Shown here: piece by piece, positions 17,853 through 27,680 of the stretch
Numbering within the stretch: the first letter of the stretch is position 1
How the letters are laid out: every line of letters starts with the position of its first letter
DNA from: Chloroflexia bacterium
Lineage (GTDB): Bacteria; Chloroflexota; Chloroflexia; Thermomicrobiales; CADCWN01
Direction of reading: 5' to 3'
NCBI GenBank assembly: GCA_039810045.1
Contig: JBDHWF010000002.1
Location: 2,610-66,609, forward strand
DNA length: 64,000 nt
Translations under genes and position numbers: made by a program
The notes under the pieces: generated by a model
The model's input: only the letters and a program-made list of their open reading frames with translations
What the model was told of the DNA's origin: nothing
The model's database searches: none

Positions 17853-18542
17853 TTATTGTATGGCAAGGACATCTTGTGCGCGAATCCAGCCGATCGTCCC
17901 GTTCGCAATGCGGAATTGCCGCCAAAGCACTCCATCCGTTGTTTGCTGCTCACCAGTGGCTGCCAGCGGCGTGCCAGGGGGCAAAGCTCCCTGTGGGCTG
18001 TAGGTTGTCCCAGGCCCAGCGCGGAAGTTAACGGGGAGTTCAGTGTTGACCCGATCGGTCGGGGTGAATGCCGTGGCTGGCGTCGCCGTGGCGGTTGCGG
18101 CAGGAGTGGTCGTGCTTGTCGCCGCTGGTACCGCTGTAGTTGTCCCAGTGGCGTTTGCGGCGGGCTGTTCCGTTGGTTCAGGCGCAAAGATCGACGATGG
18201 TGGTCGCGTGGCTGTGGGTGGCAGCGGGGTTGCTGTTGGAGGTAGTGGTGTAGCAGTTGGCGCGACAGTAGCTGTGGGCGGCGGTGGGGTCGCTGTTGGG
18301 GAAATGGTGGTCGCCGTGGCGGGGATACTGGTTGGGGTGATCGTGCTGATCGTGGTGGCTGGTAGTTGAGCGATGACCGTTGCCTGGGTAGGCTGCGCGG
18401 GCGGCGTGGTGTTGCGGGTGCCGCTGAGCAGTGGGAGGGCCAGACTGCCGACAGCTAATCCCAGCGCAAACATAGCCAGACCGAAGATTGCGAAATAGAG
18501 TGCCGATGGTGACGCAGGGGCCGGGGAGGACTGACTACTCAC
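17853..18542 (-). CDS. TM-anchored surface protein with Thr/Pro/Ala-rich repeats and a C-terminal bacterial SH3 domain
   Basis: N-terminal TM helix (ALYFAIFGLAMFALGLAVGSLALPLL). Repeats TATPLPPTATPLPPTAT. C-terminus VNFRAGPGTTYSP...WRQFRIANGTIGWIRAQDV is SH3b-like. Confidence 0.65.
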   Translation of the reverse strand: MSSQSSPAPASPSALYFAIFGLAMFALGLAVGSLALPLLSGTRNTTPPAQPTQATVIAQLPATTISTITPTSIPATATTISPTATPPPPTATVAPTATPLPPTATPLPPTATRPPSSIFAPEPTEQPAANATGTTTAVPAATSTTTPAATATATPATAFTPTDRVNTELPVNFRAGPGTTYSPQGALPPGTPLAATGEQQTTDGVLWRQFRIANGTIGWIRAQDVLAIQ

Positions 18543-18806
18543 AACTCCATCCTTGTCAAAAACTCCTTACGATCCAGAAAGGTCGCATCGTGCAATGTCG
18601 AGCAAGGGTAGCATATGCGTGGGCGATCTTGCCCCACTTCTGCACGACATATCCCCTGAGGTATAGAGTAGCAATCGGGCAGGGGGAAAGCGAGGGAAAG
18701 CGGAATACTTTTCTTTCGGGCATCGATGAGGCGTTGCATAGTAAGCTATACCGCAGTATCACTCGCTGTTGCTGATGGCAGGCTGGCCTGCGCGGTAAAG
18801 GGTTGC

Positions 18807-19433
18807 ATGAAGAATCGAAATGTTGCGCTGACGAGCCTGATCACCCTGGCCTTACTCGTGGTTGTTGGGGTCGCGTTGGTGTCGCGCTTGCAGCGTGCCA
18901 CAGATCCCCCAGTTGGCACCGCAGTGGTGGCGGCAAATGCCACCGCTACCACGGGCCGCCCGACGCCTACCGCGTCACTTCATCCAACGCAAGGTGGTAG
19001 TAGCGGGCCAACCCAGACGAATCGGCCCACCACGGTTGCTGGCGGCTCGGGGCGCACGAATCCCACCATAACAGCAACGACAGGAGTGCGGCAGCCAACA
19101 GTCGCGCCCACTGTGCGGAGCAGCAATCAGCCGCCGCCAACGGTGATCAATGATCGTCTGCCGCAGATCAGCTATGCTGACCTGCCTGCGCAGGCGAAGG
19201 AAACGATTCGGCTGATTGATCAGCATGGGCCGTTCCCCTACGACCGTGATGGGGTGGTCTTTGGCAATCGGGAACGGCTGCTACCGCTGCAACCCGACGG
19301 TTACTACCACGAATATACGGTGGTTACCCCTGGCTCCGCAGATCGCGGGGCGCGGCGGATTATCGCTGGCCGTGCTGGGGAACTCTATTACACGGACGAC
19401 CATTATGAGTCGTTTCGGCGGGTGATACGCTGA
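18807..19433 (+). CDS. secreted/TM-anchored guanyl-specific ribonuclease (RNase Sa / N1-T1 microbial RNase family)
   Basis: C-terminal 95 aa closely match RNase Sa as I recall it: GPFPYDRDGVVFGNRERLLP...GYYHEYTVVTPGSADRGARRII...YYTDDHYESF, with catalytic Glu, Arg and His in place. An N-terminal TM helix follows ATG 18807, then a Thr/Pro linker. Confidence 0.85.
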   Translation: MKNRNVALTSLITLALLVVVGVALVSRLQRATDPPVGTAVVAANATATTGRPTPTASLHPTQGGSSGPTQTNRPTTVAGGSGRTNPTITATTGVRQPTVAPTVRSSNQPPPTVINDRLPQISYADLPAQAKETIRLIDQHGPFPYDRDGVVFGNRERLLPLQPDGYYHEYTVVTPGSADRGARRIIAGRAGELYYTDDHYESFRRVIR

Positions 19434-19873
19434 TGAGTAGATTGCAAGCAGTGTTGGGCCAGGCGGCGGCGAACGGCATCTATCGGGTGTCGTCGCAACC
19501 ACTGGCTGATCTTACGGCAGCGGCAGCAGCGGCACAGACACCGTTTGCCCTACTGCAGGGTGACGCAATCGCCAACAAGGCGGCCTTCCTCGATGCCTGC
19601 GCCACGGCGTTGCAGTTGCCGCCTTACTTTGGGCGAAACTGGGATGCGCTGGCCGATTGTCTGATGGATCGCCAGGTTGTCCCAGCAGCCGGGCAGACGA
19701 TTCTCTACGATTATCCCGCGCCATTGATTCGGCAGGCCCCAGCAACCTGGGCGACGGCATTATCGATCTTCGAGGAGGCAGCAGCCTACTGGCGCGACCA
19801 TGATCGCCCCTTTACCCTCCTCTTGCGGCGCACTGCTGGGATGACGCCAACGATCAAGCTCCTTGATCGCTGA
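19433..19873 (+). CDS. barstar-family ribonuclease inhibitor
   Basis: The start overlaps the RNase stop (TGATG). The LPPYFGRNWDALADCL motif matches barstar LPEYYGENLDALWDCL. Confidence 0.8.
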   Translation: MSRLQAVLGQAAANGIYRVSSQPLADLTAAAAAAQTPFALLQGDAIANKAAFLDACATALQLPPYFGRNWDALADCLMDRQVVPAAGQTILYDYPAPLIRQAPATWATALSIFEEAAAYWRDHDRPFTLLLRRTAGMTPTIKLLDR

Positions 19874-19901
19874 GCGACATTGGCGTACAGGAACCACAGG
19901 C

Positions 19902-22010
19902 TCAGCTTGTCGCCCCCTCCACCAGGGCGATCTCAGCCTCAGTCAGGCCGTAGAGTTGGTAGATTTGCTGGTCGAGTTGCTGATCAATGGCCCTGATCTG
20001 GTTGGTGAGATTCGCGTGGGTGGCCTCATCGGGCGTGGCGGCGTGGAGCGCAAGTAAGTGGCGCACGCTGGCAACGATCTGGTCGTGTGCGTGGCGGTCG
20101 GCAGCGCTGGTGAGGTCGAGCCGCTTGATTGGCAGCCGACGTAAGGTGCCGATCTTGATCTGTGGAAAGAGTCGCTGCCGAACCTCGCGCGCGAGTAGTT
20201 GATAGAGATAGCGGCAGAGGCGCGAGTTGAGCAGCCCCACCAGGTATTCAATCGCCCGTCCATCGGTGGGGGCAAAGAGGCCGATCAGCGAGTTGCGAAA
20301 GTAGAGCGCGTGCTGGCGTGGCCCAACAATCGGGTAGGCTGCCGTCTGACGGATGACGAACAGGGCGGCCTGGTAGCGCGCTGGGGCGAAGATCGTGAAA
20401 TAGTCACCCGCTGCTGGCTGATAGGTGAGATTCAGGGCATAGCGGGGCGTGCTGCAGCGATAGCGGGTGATCGCCTGCCCTTCTAGCAGTGGCACTGCGC
20501 TGGCTGGTGCAGTGGTGAGCGGACTGAGCAATCCTTCCGCGCAGTTCCCCGTATGCACTCCAATGTCGGCAACCAGATTGCCGAGTGATTCGCTTGCTGG
20601 CAACAGTCTGGTCAGCAGTGGCGAAGTCGTTGCGGTGTGCCACGGCTGACCCTGCTGACAGTCGATCAGCGTTATCTGGCCGTTGGTGTCGATCACGGTG
20701 GTGGGGCCGTGGTGCTGGCGATCAGCGATGAAGGTGGCGATTGGCGTGGCTGCCTTGGCAAAGACCGCCTCGCCCCAATACCGCACTTCGACAATTTCAG
20801 GGAGGAGCGCCCGGGTGCGCGCATAGCGCGCTAGATAGCCAACCTGATCAGGAACGACCAATGCGATCCGCCGCTGGGCTAGCATCGTGGCCCGTTCAAT
20901 GAAGTAGACGTGGGCGGCAGGCCAACCTGTTGGCTGATAGTGTTGCCGGAAATAGTGTTGCAGGGGCGTTGATAGGGGGGCTGCCTGTCGCCCGGAATAC
21001 GAAACAAATGGGGGATTACCAAGCACTACGGTGAAACCACCACGGCCCATGATTGCTGGAAAGGTGCTGGCCCAGTCGAAGGGACGCAGGGCGGTCAGTG
21101 CGCTAGGGTTGAACTGGCCCAGGCCGTCGAGTGCGGCGATCCGCTGGTCGACCAACGCATCGCCACAGTGCAGGTTGGGGCGTAAGTCAGGCAGTGGGCG
21201 CGGCGATTGTTCCGCTGTGCCCTGATAGAGGGCGCAGAGCAGGGCCAGTCTGGTCGTGTGCAAGGCCGCAGGGTCACGATCAACGCCGTAGAGATGGGTG
21301 GTGAGAATCCGCTGGCGTTCAGCCACGGTGAGCTTCCAGTTTCCCGCATCGTCTCGCCAGAGGGTATCGCCGTGGCTGGCGGGATCAGCGCAGTAATAGC
21401 GGTGATACCACTCCAATAAATACCGATAGACGCCTATTAAGAATGCCCCACCCCCACAGGCGGGGTCGAGGATGGTCAGGGTGGTGAGTCGCGCTGGCGT
21501 TTGCTCGACCAGGAGTGGCGCAAGCGTCTGCTGTACCAGGTAATCGACCAGTGACGGTGGGGTGTAGTAGATTCCCGCCGCCTTCCGGCTGCTGACAGCC
21601 TCTGCTTCGCGCTGGCTTGGGTGGGCGTGGAAATATTCCTGCACCGCGCCGAGATCTTCGGGGGCGGTGAGGGCAACGGGGTTGCTGCTGGCTGATTGTG
21701 CCAGAAGTTGCACAATTGGGCGTAGCACGGCTTCGCTGGGCTGAATTAGGCGCGCTGATAGGCCGAACAGGTGCCGGCAGGCGCTGGCAACGGCCTCGCT
21801 GATTGTGGGACTGGCCGCTAACCTGGTCATCGTGCCAGGCGCTATCCCTTGTGTTGTTTCACAGAGGCAGATGGCGAGCAGGTGCAAGAGGTATTGCTCA
21901 ACGGCTTCAGCGCTGGCTTGCGGGTTGCCGCCACGCGCTAACAATTCGTCAACAAGTTCCTCGCGCCAGCGAGCGAGGATGCGGTAGCGGCGGCGATTCG
22001 TCTGGGCCAT
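19902..22010 (-). CDS. Eco57I-type (gamma-class) N6-adenine DNA methyltransferase with TaqI-like C-terminal target-recognition domain
   Basis: GIYYTPPSLVDYLV, motif I ILDPACGGGAFL and motif IV VLGNPPFV occur in the gamma order. 702 aa. No recognisable nuclease motif. Confidence 0.8.
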   Translation of the reverse strand: MAQTNRRRYRILARWREELVDELLARGGNPQASAEAVEQYLLHLLAICLCETTQGIAPGTMTRLAASPTISEAVASACRHLFGLSARLIQPSEAVLRPIVQLLAQSASSNPVALTAPEDLGAVQEYFHAHPSQREAEAVSSRKAAGIYYTPPSLVDYLVQQTLAPLLVEQTPARLTTLTILDPACGGGAFLIGVYRYLLEWYHRYYCADPASHGDTLWRDDAGNWKLTVAERQRILTTHLYGVDRDPAALHTTRLALLCALYQGTAEQSPRPLPDLRPNLHCGDALVDQRIAALDGLGQFNPSALTALRPFDWASTFPAIMGRGGFTVVLGNPPFVSYSGRQAAPLSTPLQHYFRQHYQPTGWPAAHVYFIERATMLAQRRIALVVPDQVGYLARYARTRALLPEIVEVRYWGEAVFAKAATPIATFIADRQHHGPTTVIDTNGQITLIDCQQGQPWHTATTSPLLTRLLPASESLGNLVADIGVHTGNCAEGLLSPLTTAPASAVPLLEGQAITRYRCSTPRYALNLTYQPAAGDYFTIFAPARYQAALFVIRQTAAYPIVGPRQHALYFRNSLIGLFAPTDGRAIEYLVGLLNSRLCRYLYQLLAREVRQRLFPQIKIGTLRRLPIKRLDLTSAADRHAHDQIVASVRHLLALHAATPDEATHANLTNQIRAIDQQLDQQIYQLYGLTEAEIALVEGATS

Positions 22011-22132
22011 CGCAGCGGTTGACTCCTGCCTTCACGGGGTGAGCGCTGGTGTTTCGGCATTGCCGTATTCCAGGTGTACAATAGCGTACGCGAACGGGCA
22101 TTGCTGAAGCGAGACCACGAGAAGGGGGCAAG

Positions 22133-22546
22133 ATGGCTGAGGAGGGACGCATTCGGGTGCTGGTCGCCAAGCCAGGACTCGATGGGCATGATCGCGGGGC
22201 GAAAGTGATCGTGCGCGCGTTGCGCGATGCTGGGATGGAAGTGATCTATACAGGGATTCGCCAGACACCAGAGATGATCGTCGCCGCCGCATTGCAGGAA
22301 GATGTTGACGTGATCGGCCTGAGTATCCTTTCTGGGGCGCACCTAGCCCTTTTCCCGCGCATCATTGCGCTATTGCAGGCGGAAGGGATGGACGACGTCG
22401 TGTTGCTGGCGGGCGGAATTATTCCTGAGGCCGACATTCCAGCGCTGAAAGCACTGGGGGTGGCGGGCGTCTTTGGGCCAGGAACCCCGCTGGCTGAGAT
22501 TGTTACCTTCATTCGTGATGCTGTCGGCCACCCGGAAGCGGCGTGA
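22133..22546 (+). CDS. cobalamin-binding small subunit/domain of methylmalonyl-CoA (acyl-CoA) mutase
   Basis: [34 protein letters not shown] contains the DxHxxG B12-binding motif. 137 aa. Confidence 0.88.
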   Translation: MAEEGRIRVLVAKPGLDGHDRGAKVIVRALRDAGMEVIYTGIRQTPEMIVAAALQEDVDVIGLSILSGAHLALFPRIIALLQAEGMDDVVLLAGGIIPEADIPALKALGVAGVFGPGTPLAEIVTFIRDAVGHPEAA

Positions 22547-23580
22547 GTGAATCAGCAGCGGCCAATCAACCACGAGCGCGGAGCCGTCGCCTTACCATTG
22601 CGGATCTGCCTGACTTGCTCGCTCGCTTTCGGGCGGGAGAACGGCGGGCGTTAGCGCGGCTGCTGACGCAGGTGGAGAACGACACTGCCCTGGGCCGCGA
22701 GGCGTTGCGGGCGTTGTTCGCTGCCACTGGTCGCGCCCACGTAGTCGGCGTTACTGGGCCACCAGGCGCAGGCAAAAGCACCCTGGTGAATCGGCTGATC
22801 ACGACCTGGCGCGAACAGGGCCAGACGGTTGCCGTGGTCGCCGTGGATCCATCGAGTAGCCTGACCGGGGGGGCAACGCTTGGCGACCGTGTACGGATGA
22901 TGGAGACCTGGGCCGATGACGGCGTGTTCATTCGCTCCATGGCGACACGTGGGGCGCTCGGCGGCTTAGCCAGCACCACGCGCGGGATCGTCTGGCTGCT
23001 TGATGCGTTCGGCTTCACCCGCATTATTATTGAAACCGTCGGCGTCGGGCAGGATGAGGTCGAGATCGCTCAGGTGGCCCAGACAACCCTTCTGTTGCAG
23101 GTGCCTGGGTTAGGCGACGATATTCAGGCGATCAAGGCGGGCGTATTGGAGATCGCCGATCTATTGGTGGTCAACAAGGCCGACCGCCCAGGCGTTGGTG
23201 AACTGAAGCGCGACCTTGCCCTGATGCTCTCGCTGAATGGCCCAGTCGCTGATGGTGACTGGCGTGTGCCGATCTGCGAGACGATTGCCGCCCAGGGTGT
23301 AGGGGTCGCCAAATTGGTTGAAACGATTGAACGCCACCGCGAGGCGATGCAGGCGAATGGTTCCTGGCAGGCCCGCGAACGCGCTGCCCTGCGCGATGAA
23401 GTGCTGGGACTGGTGCAGGCCCGCTTGCTTGCCTACACCAATCAACTGCTGAATAATACTGATGATTTCGCGCAGCGCCTAACTGACCTGGTCACCCGCA
23501 CCGTTGACCCAATTACCGTCGCCGATGAGGTTGCAGCGCAGGCGGTTGCCGCCAGCCGCGCCGAGCAAGGGCGGGGATAG
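22543..23580 (+). CDS. meaB: methylmalonyl-CoA mutase-associated G-protein chaperone (MeaB/ArgK)
   Basis: P-loop GPPGAGKST, the motifs VDPSS and NKAD, and an overlapping GTGA stop/start with the B12-binding subunit. Confidence 0.88.
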   Translation: MSESAAANQPRARSRRLTIADLPDLLARFRAGERRALARLLTQVENDTALGREALRALFAATGRAHVVGVTGPPGAGKSTLVNRLITTWREQGQTVAVVAVDPSSSLTGGATLGDRVRMMETWADDGVFIRSMATRGALGGLASTTRGIVWLLDAFGFTRIIIETVGVGQDEVEIAQVAQTTLLLQVPGLGDDIQAIKAGVLEIADLLVVNKADRPGVGELKRDLALMLSLNGPVADGDWRVPICETIAAQGVGVAKLVETIERHREAMQANGSWQARERAALRDEVLGLVQARLLAYTNQLLNNTDDFAQRLTDLVTRTVDPITVADEVAAQAVAASRAEQGRG

Positions 23581-23703
23581 TCTGCGCGGTCAATTTTCCT
23601 CTGCTTGGCCCAAAGATGATCACTTTATCGCCAATTGATGGTACAAGTCCTGCTTCTCGTTACTCAGGTGGATTGAAGAAACTCTGCAACTGGGGAGACA
23701 ATA

Positions 23704-24666
23704 ATGGCTGATAACGCAACAATCGTTTTACGCATGGAGTTGGAGCCGCGCTACTTGAAACAGTTGCGGGCGGACTTTCCCAAGGCGAATATCGTGGTCG
23801 CGACTGACGACGACGCGCTGGCGAAAGTGTTACCAACGGCGGCGGCCCTCGTGGGGGGTGAACCATTGACGAAGGCGCAGTTAGCCAAAGCCGAGGCGTT
23901 GCGCTGGGTGCAGGTGACGAGTGCCGGGGTGGAGGAATGGCTGACGCCAGAATTGGCGAAGCACCCCCTGACGTTGACCAACTTTAGCGGGGTTGCCGCG
24001 CCGAATATCGCTGACCACGTAATCGCGATGCTCTATGCCTTTGCGCGTGGGTTACCCGAACTCTTTGCGCGACAGCAGCGGAAGGAGTGGGCCGCTGAAG
24101 CCCCACCCACATTTGAGCCCACAGACCAGACGATGGCGATCGTGGGGTTAGGCGACATTGGCGCAGAAGTTGCCAAACGGGCGTCAGGTATCGGCATGAC
24201 CGTCGTGGCGATGCAGCGGCATCCCAAGCGGCCTCCCGCTGGAGTCGATGAGACGGTGGCGACTGATGAACTGCCCGATCTCTTGCGAGAGGCCGACCAT
24301 GTGGTGCTGTCGTTGCCCCTGACGAACGACACGGAAGGGTATTTCGGAGCGAAGCAGTTCCGGCTGATGCAAAAGTCCGCCTATTTCTACAACGTTGGCC
24401 GGGGGCCGGTTGTGGATCAGGATGCGCTGATCAAGGCGTTGCGCGATGGGGCGATCGCGGGGGCGGGGCTTGATGTGACCGACCCAGAGCCACTCCCGAA
24501 GAATTCGCCACTCTGGACGCTACCGAATGTGATCGTCACTGGACATAATGCAGCGGCAACACCATTGCTCTGGGAACGCGGGATCGTCTTGTTGACAGAG
24601 AATATCAAGCGTTTCCTACAAGGGAAGTCGCTGAAGAATGAGGTTGATACGAAGGCGGGGTACTGA
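23704..24666 (+). CDS. D-isomer-specific 2-hydroxyacid dehydrogenase family protein
   Basis: NAD-binding VGLGDIGAEVAKRASGIGMTVVA and catalytic-region motifs (NVGRG, LDVTDPEPLP, TGH). Confidence 0.85.
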   Translation: MADNATIVLRMELEPRYLKQLRADFPKANIVVATDDDALAKVLPTAAALVGGEPLTKAQLAKAEALRWVQVTSAGVEEWLTPELAKHPLTLTNFSGVAAPNIADHVIAMLYAFARGLPELFARQQRKEWAAEAPPTFEPTDQTMAIVGLGDIGAEVAKRASGIGMTVVAMQRHPKRPPAGVDETVATDELPDLLREADHVVLSLPLTNDTEGYFGAKQFRLMQKSAYFYNVGRGPVVDQDALIKALRDGAIAGAGLDVTDPEPLPKNSPLWTLPNVIVTGHNAAATPLLWERGIVLLTENIKRFLQGKSLKNEVDTKAGY

Positions 24667-24675
24667 CCTTTTTGG

Positions 24676-25467
24676 TTACACAGACAATGGTAGTTGCACC
24701 GCGCGGGCGAGTGACTGTCCCGGCTGAATTGTCAGTTGCAGTTCGCAGCAATCAGGGCGCAGGTAGAGGGTACTGTGTTCACGGGGGATCCCCGCAGTGC
24801 AATACGTTACGCGCTCTTCAATCAGCACTGGGACCGTTGGCGACAGGGCCAGTAGCGTCGCGATTGTGGGCGTCAGGACTGTTGCGCGGATATGCAGTTC
24901 GGCGTGGCCCAGTATTACCCCCGCGTGTTCGGTGAGTAGGGCTTGCGACGAGTGCGCCGCTGCCGCCGCTTCGGTGATCATAATACCAACTTCGGGCGGG
25001 TAATAGACTTCGGTCAGGGCAATTGGTAGTCCAGCCACCCGATAAAGCCGCTGGAAAGCGAGGGCTTCATCATGCACTAGTTGGAGTCGTTCGCAGATTG
25101 GTGGTGCGGGGCGACGGGGGCCAAAGAACAGTAAGGTTGTCTCTGGGGTCAGGCCCTGAGCAGTCAACAGATCGCCCAATCCAGTGAGAGGATAAGGATT
25201 CTGCGGCCCTTGCGGTGCGGCGACAAAGGTGCCTTTCCCTTGCTGACGCACCACTAATCCCCGCATGGCGAGTTCGGCTAATGCCTGCCGAATCGTAATG
25301 CGGCTGACCGCATATTGGGCCATCAGGGCATTTTCCGATGGTAGCCGCTGCCCAAGCTGATAGTCGGTCACTAACGCTGCCGCGAGATCGGCGGCGATCT
25401 GCCGATAGAGTGCGATTGGGCTTTCTCGTTCAAGACTCACCTCTCGTCTTGCCTCCCTTCTGCCCAT
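24676..25467 (-). CDS. GntR-family (HutC/UTRA subfamily) transcriptional regulator
   Basis: N-terminal wHTH (LPSENALMAQYAVSRITIRQALAELAMRGLVVRQQGKGTFV) plus a UTRA-like C-terminal domain. It is divergent from the binding-protein/nucleoside-hydrolase operon. Confidence 0.85.
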   Translation of the reverse strand: MGRREARREVSLERESPIALYRQIAADLAAALVTDYQLGQRLPSENALMAQYAVSRITIRQALAELAMRGLVVRQQGKGTFVAAPQGPQNPYPLTGLGDLLTAQGLTPETTLLFFGPRRPAPPICERLQLVHDEALAFQRLYRVAGLPIALTEVYYPPEVGIMITEAAAAAHSSQALLTEHAGVILGHAELHIRATVLTPTIATLLALSPTVPVLIEERVTYCTAGIPREHSTLYLRPDCCELQLTIQPGQSLARAVQLPLSV

Positions 25468-25634
25468 CCTCACTATTGCCAGAGATCATTCTCTTACCGC
25501 GATACTCGTCCATCTGGCGGTGTTTGACGCTGGTCTGTTATCCGTTATATAACATTATAGGACAACTTCCAAAATAGGAAGTGCTAGATAGGGGAGTCCC
25601 GCTGGGAACGTAGCGATAGCTAGGAGACTGAGGA

Positions 25635-27680
25635 ATGGCGAAACCAACTGCACCACGGACGGTGCCGGAAGACCTCTCAGCGTTGGTCATCAGTGGGCAA
25701 TTGGGGCGGCGAGATTTTATTCGGCGCGCAGTAGCACTGGGTTGCTCGGCAGCGGGGATCGCCTCGGTGTTGGCGGCTTGCGGTGGTGCTGAAGGTACGC
25801 CAACCACTGCCCCCGCCTCAACTGCGCCGTCTGCCGCTGCCGCCGCTTCGGCTGCACCATCGCAGGCAGCCTCGGCAGCGCCAAGTGCAGCGGCCTCACC
25901 TGCTGCTTCAGCAGCGGCTACGGGGACTCGTGGCGCGGCGACTCCAGCGGCGGCTGGCACTGCCACTCGCGCCGCTTCACCAACGGCAAGTGGCAGTACG
26001 AGCGGGCTTGGCGCACCAACAACAGCGACACTGGGCGCGGCGGGCGGCATTGGCCCTGGGCCAACAAAGCGCGGCGCAGCAGGAACTTTGAAGATCCTCT
26101 ACTGGCAGGCCCCGACAACGATGAACCCGCACTTCTCCTCTGGCGGGCAGAACTCAGACCCTGGTCGGCTGGTGTTGGAACCGCTGGCGAATTTCGATAA
26201 GAATGATCGCCTGGTGCCGTGGCTGGCAGCGGAGATTCCTACCGTGGCGAATGGTGGCCTTGCTGCCGATGGGAAGAGCGTCACCTGGAAGCTGAAGAAA
26301 GAAGTGAAGTGGAGCGATGGCACCCCCTTCACCGCGAAAGATGTCGTCTTCACCTGGAAATATGTGTCGAACAAAGAGACTGGCGCGACGACCCTGGGCA
26401 ATTATCTGGCGATTGAGAACGCTGAGGCGGTCGACGATTACACGGTGAAGGTGACGTTCAAAGCGCCGAATCCCGCCTGGTATCTGGCGTTCACCGATGC
26501 GATCTTGCCGGAGCATATCTTCAAAGATGCGGTTGGTGCGAATGCCAAGACGCACGCTGGGAACCTCAAGCCGATTGGTACTGGCCCCTACATGGTCGTC
26601 GATTTCAAGCCCGGTGATTCGGTTTCCTATGCGATCAATCCGAACTGGCGCGACCCGAATGGCCCCGCGTTCGACAAAGTGGAATGGAAAGGTGGGGGTG
26701 ATGCGCCTTCGGCGGCCCGCGCCGTCTTCCAGACTGGCGATTATCATTTCGCCTGGAACTTGCAGGTGGAGCCCGCGATTCTCAATCAGATCATGCAACA
26801 GGGCGGTAATCGGGCGAAACTTGGCCTGACACCTGGGGCCGGGGTTGAGCGGGTCATCTTCAATTTCACCGACCCCAATAAGGAGACTGATGGCGAACGG
26901 TCGTCGATCAAGAATCCGCATCCGTTCCTCACTGACAAGAAAGTGCGGCAAGCGTTCAACCTGATTGCTGACCGCAAGGCGATCAGTGAAGCGCTCTATG
27001 GGCAAACTGCCGAGCCCTGGCCGCTGATTCAGAATTCGCCAATTTCGGCGTTGCCAGAAGGGTTGACCTGGGAGTTCAACCTGGAGAAGGCGGCACAGTT
27101 ACTTGACGAGGCGGGTTGGAAGAAGACTGGGCAATTCCGCGCCAAAGATGGCGTGCAACTGAAGATCCTCTTTCAGACCACGGTGAACTCGGTGCGCCAG
27201 AAGACCCAGCAGCTACTCAAAGATTCACTCGATAAGCTTGGCGTGCAGGTGGAACTGAAAGCGATCGAGTCTGGCGTCTTCTTCTCCACCAACCCCGGCA
27301 ACGATGATACCGCGAAGAAGTTCTATGCCGATTGGGAAATGTATGGTGGTTCGTCGGGTAGTCCCGATGGGCAGCGGTTCCTAGACTACTACACCACCGC
27401 GCAGATTCCACAGAAGGCGAATAACTGGGGCCTGAATAACGATAGCCGTTACTCAAACCCCGAATACGATAAACTCGCGCAGCAGGCGACCAACGAACTT
27501 GATGCCACCAAGCGGGCCGCGCTGATGAAGGCCGAGTACAAACTGCTCTATGACGATGCTGCCGCGCTGCCTTTGGTCAGCCGGAAGCAGGCGTATGGCT
27601 ATGTGACCGGGTTAGCGGGCTTCGAAGATTGCCCGTGGAGCCCCCTCACCTGGAATCTCGCGAACTGGACGAAATCGTGA
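25635..27680 (+). CDS. ABC-transporter family-5 (peptide/nickel/opine type) solute-binding lipoprotein, Tat signal (paralog 1)
   Basis: GRRDFIRRAVALG...VLAACGG signal, a roughly 100-aa Ala/Ser/Pro/Thr linker, then family-5 SBP blocks (LKILYWQAP, KSVTWKLKKEVKWSDGTPFTAKDVVFTW, GTGPYMVVDFKPGD). Confidence 0.85.
   Translation: MAKPTAPRTVPEDLSALVISGQLGRRDFIRRAVALGCSAAGIASVLAACGGAEGTPTTAPASTAPSAAAAASAAPSQAASAAPSAAASPAASAAATGTRGAATPAAAGTATRAASPTASGSTSGLGAPTTATLGAAGGIGPGPTKRGAAGTLKILYWQAPTTMNPHFSSGGQNSDPGRLVLEPLANFDKNDRLVPWLAAEIPTVANGGLAADGKSVTWKLKKEVKWSDGTPFTAKDVVFTWKYVSNKETGATTLGNYLAIENAEAVDDYTVKVTFKAPNPAWYLAFTDAILPEHIFKDAVGANAKTHAGNLKPIGTGPYMVVDFKPGDSVSYAINPNWRDPNGPAFDKVEWKGGGDAPSAARAVFQTGDYHFAWNLQVEPAILNQIMQQGGNRAKLGLTPGAGVERVIFNFTDPNKETDGERSSIKNPHPFLTDKKVRQAFNLIADRKAISEALYGQTAEPWPLIQNSPISALPEGLTWEFNLEKAAQLLDEAGWKKTGQFRAKDGVQLKILFQTTVNSVRQKTQQLLKDSLDKLGVQVELKAIESGVFFSTNPGNDDTAKKFYADWEMYGGSSGSPDGQRFLDYYTTAQIPQKANNWGLNNDSRYSNPEYDKLAQQATNELDATKRAALMKAEYKLLYDDAAALPLVSRKQAYGYVTGLAGFEDCPWSPLTWNLANWTKS

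Noticed and set aside
18190-18300. Tandem short repeats that might be mistaken for a CRISPR or other repeat array (also 36041-36080 and the Ala/Ser tracts at 25800-26000, 38300-38520, 40620-40850)
   Set aside because: They are in-frame codon repeats encoding Thr/Pro/Ala/Ser linkers inside well-supported genes. There is no repeat-spacer periodicity of 28-37 nt and no cas genes.
19902-22010. The methyltransferase as part of a complete restriction-modification or BREX defence system
   Set aside because: No restriction endonuclease, specificity subunit, helicase, PglZ or BrxC-type gene is adjacent on either side. It is reported only as a solitary methyltransferase.
22011-22132. Cobalamin riboswitch upstream of the B12-binding mutase subunit
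   Set aside because: The leader is only about 120 nt, and I see no B12-box-like sequence or extended conserved helices.
26154-27005. Long antisense ORFs inside the binding-protein, deaminase and LLM genes (also 29052-29948, 36653-37270, 33857-34642, 60470-61321, 46627-47472)
   Set aside because: Each lies opposite a motif-supported gene, is Arg/Pro/Gly-rich and has no ribosome-binding site. They are explained by GC-rich third-position bias.
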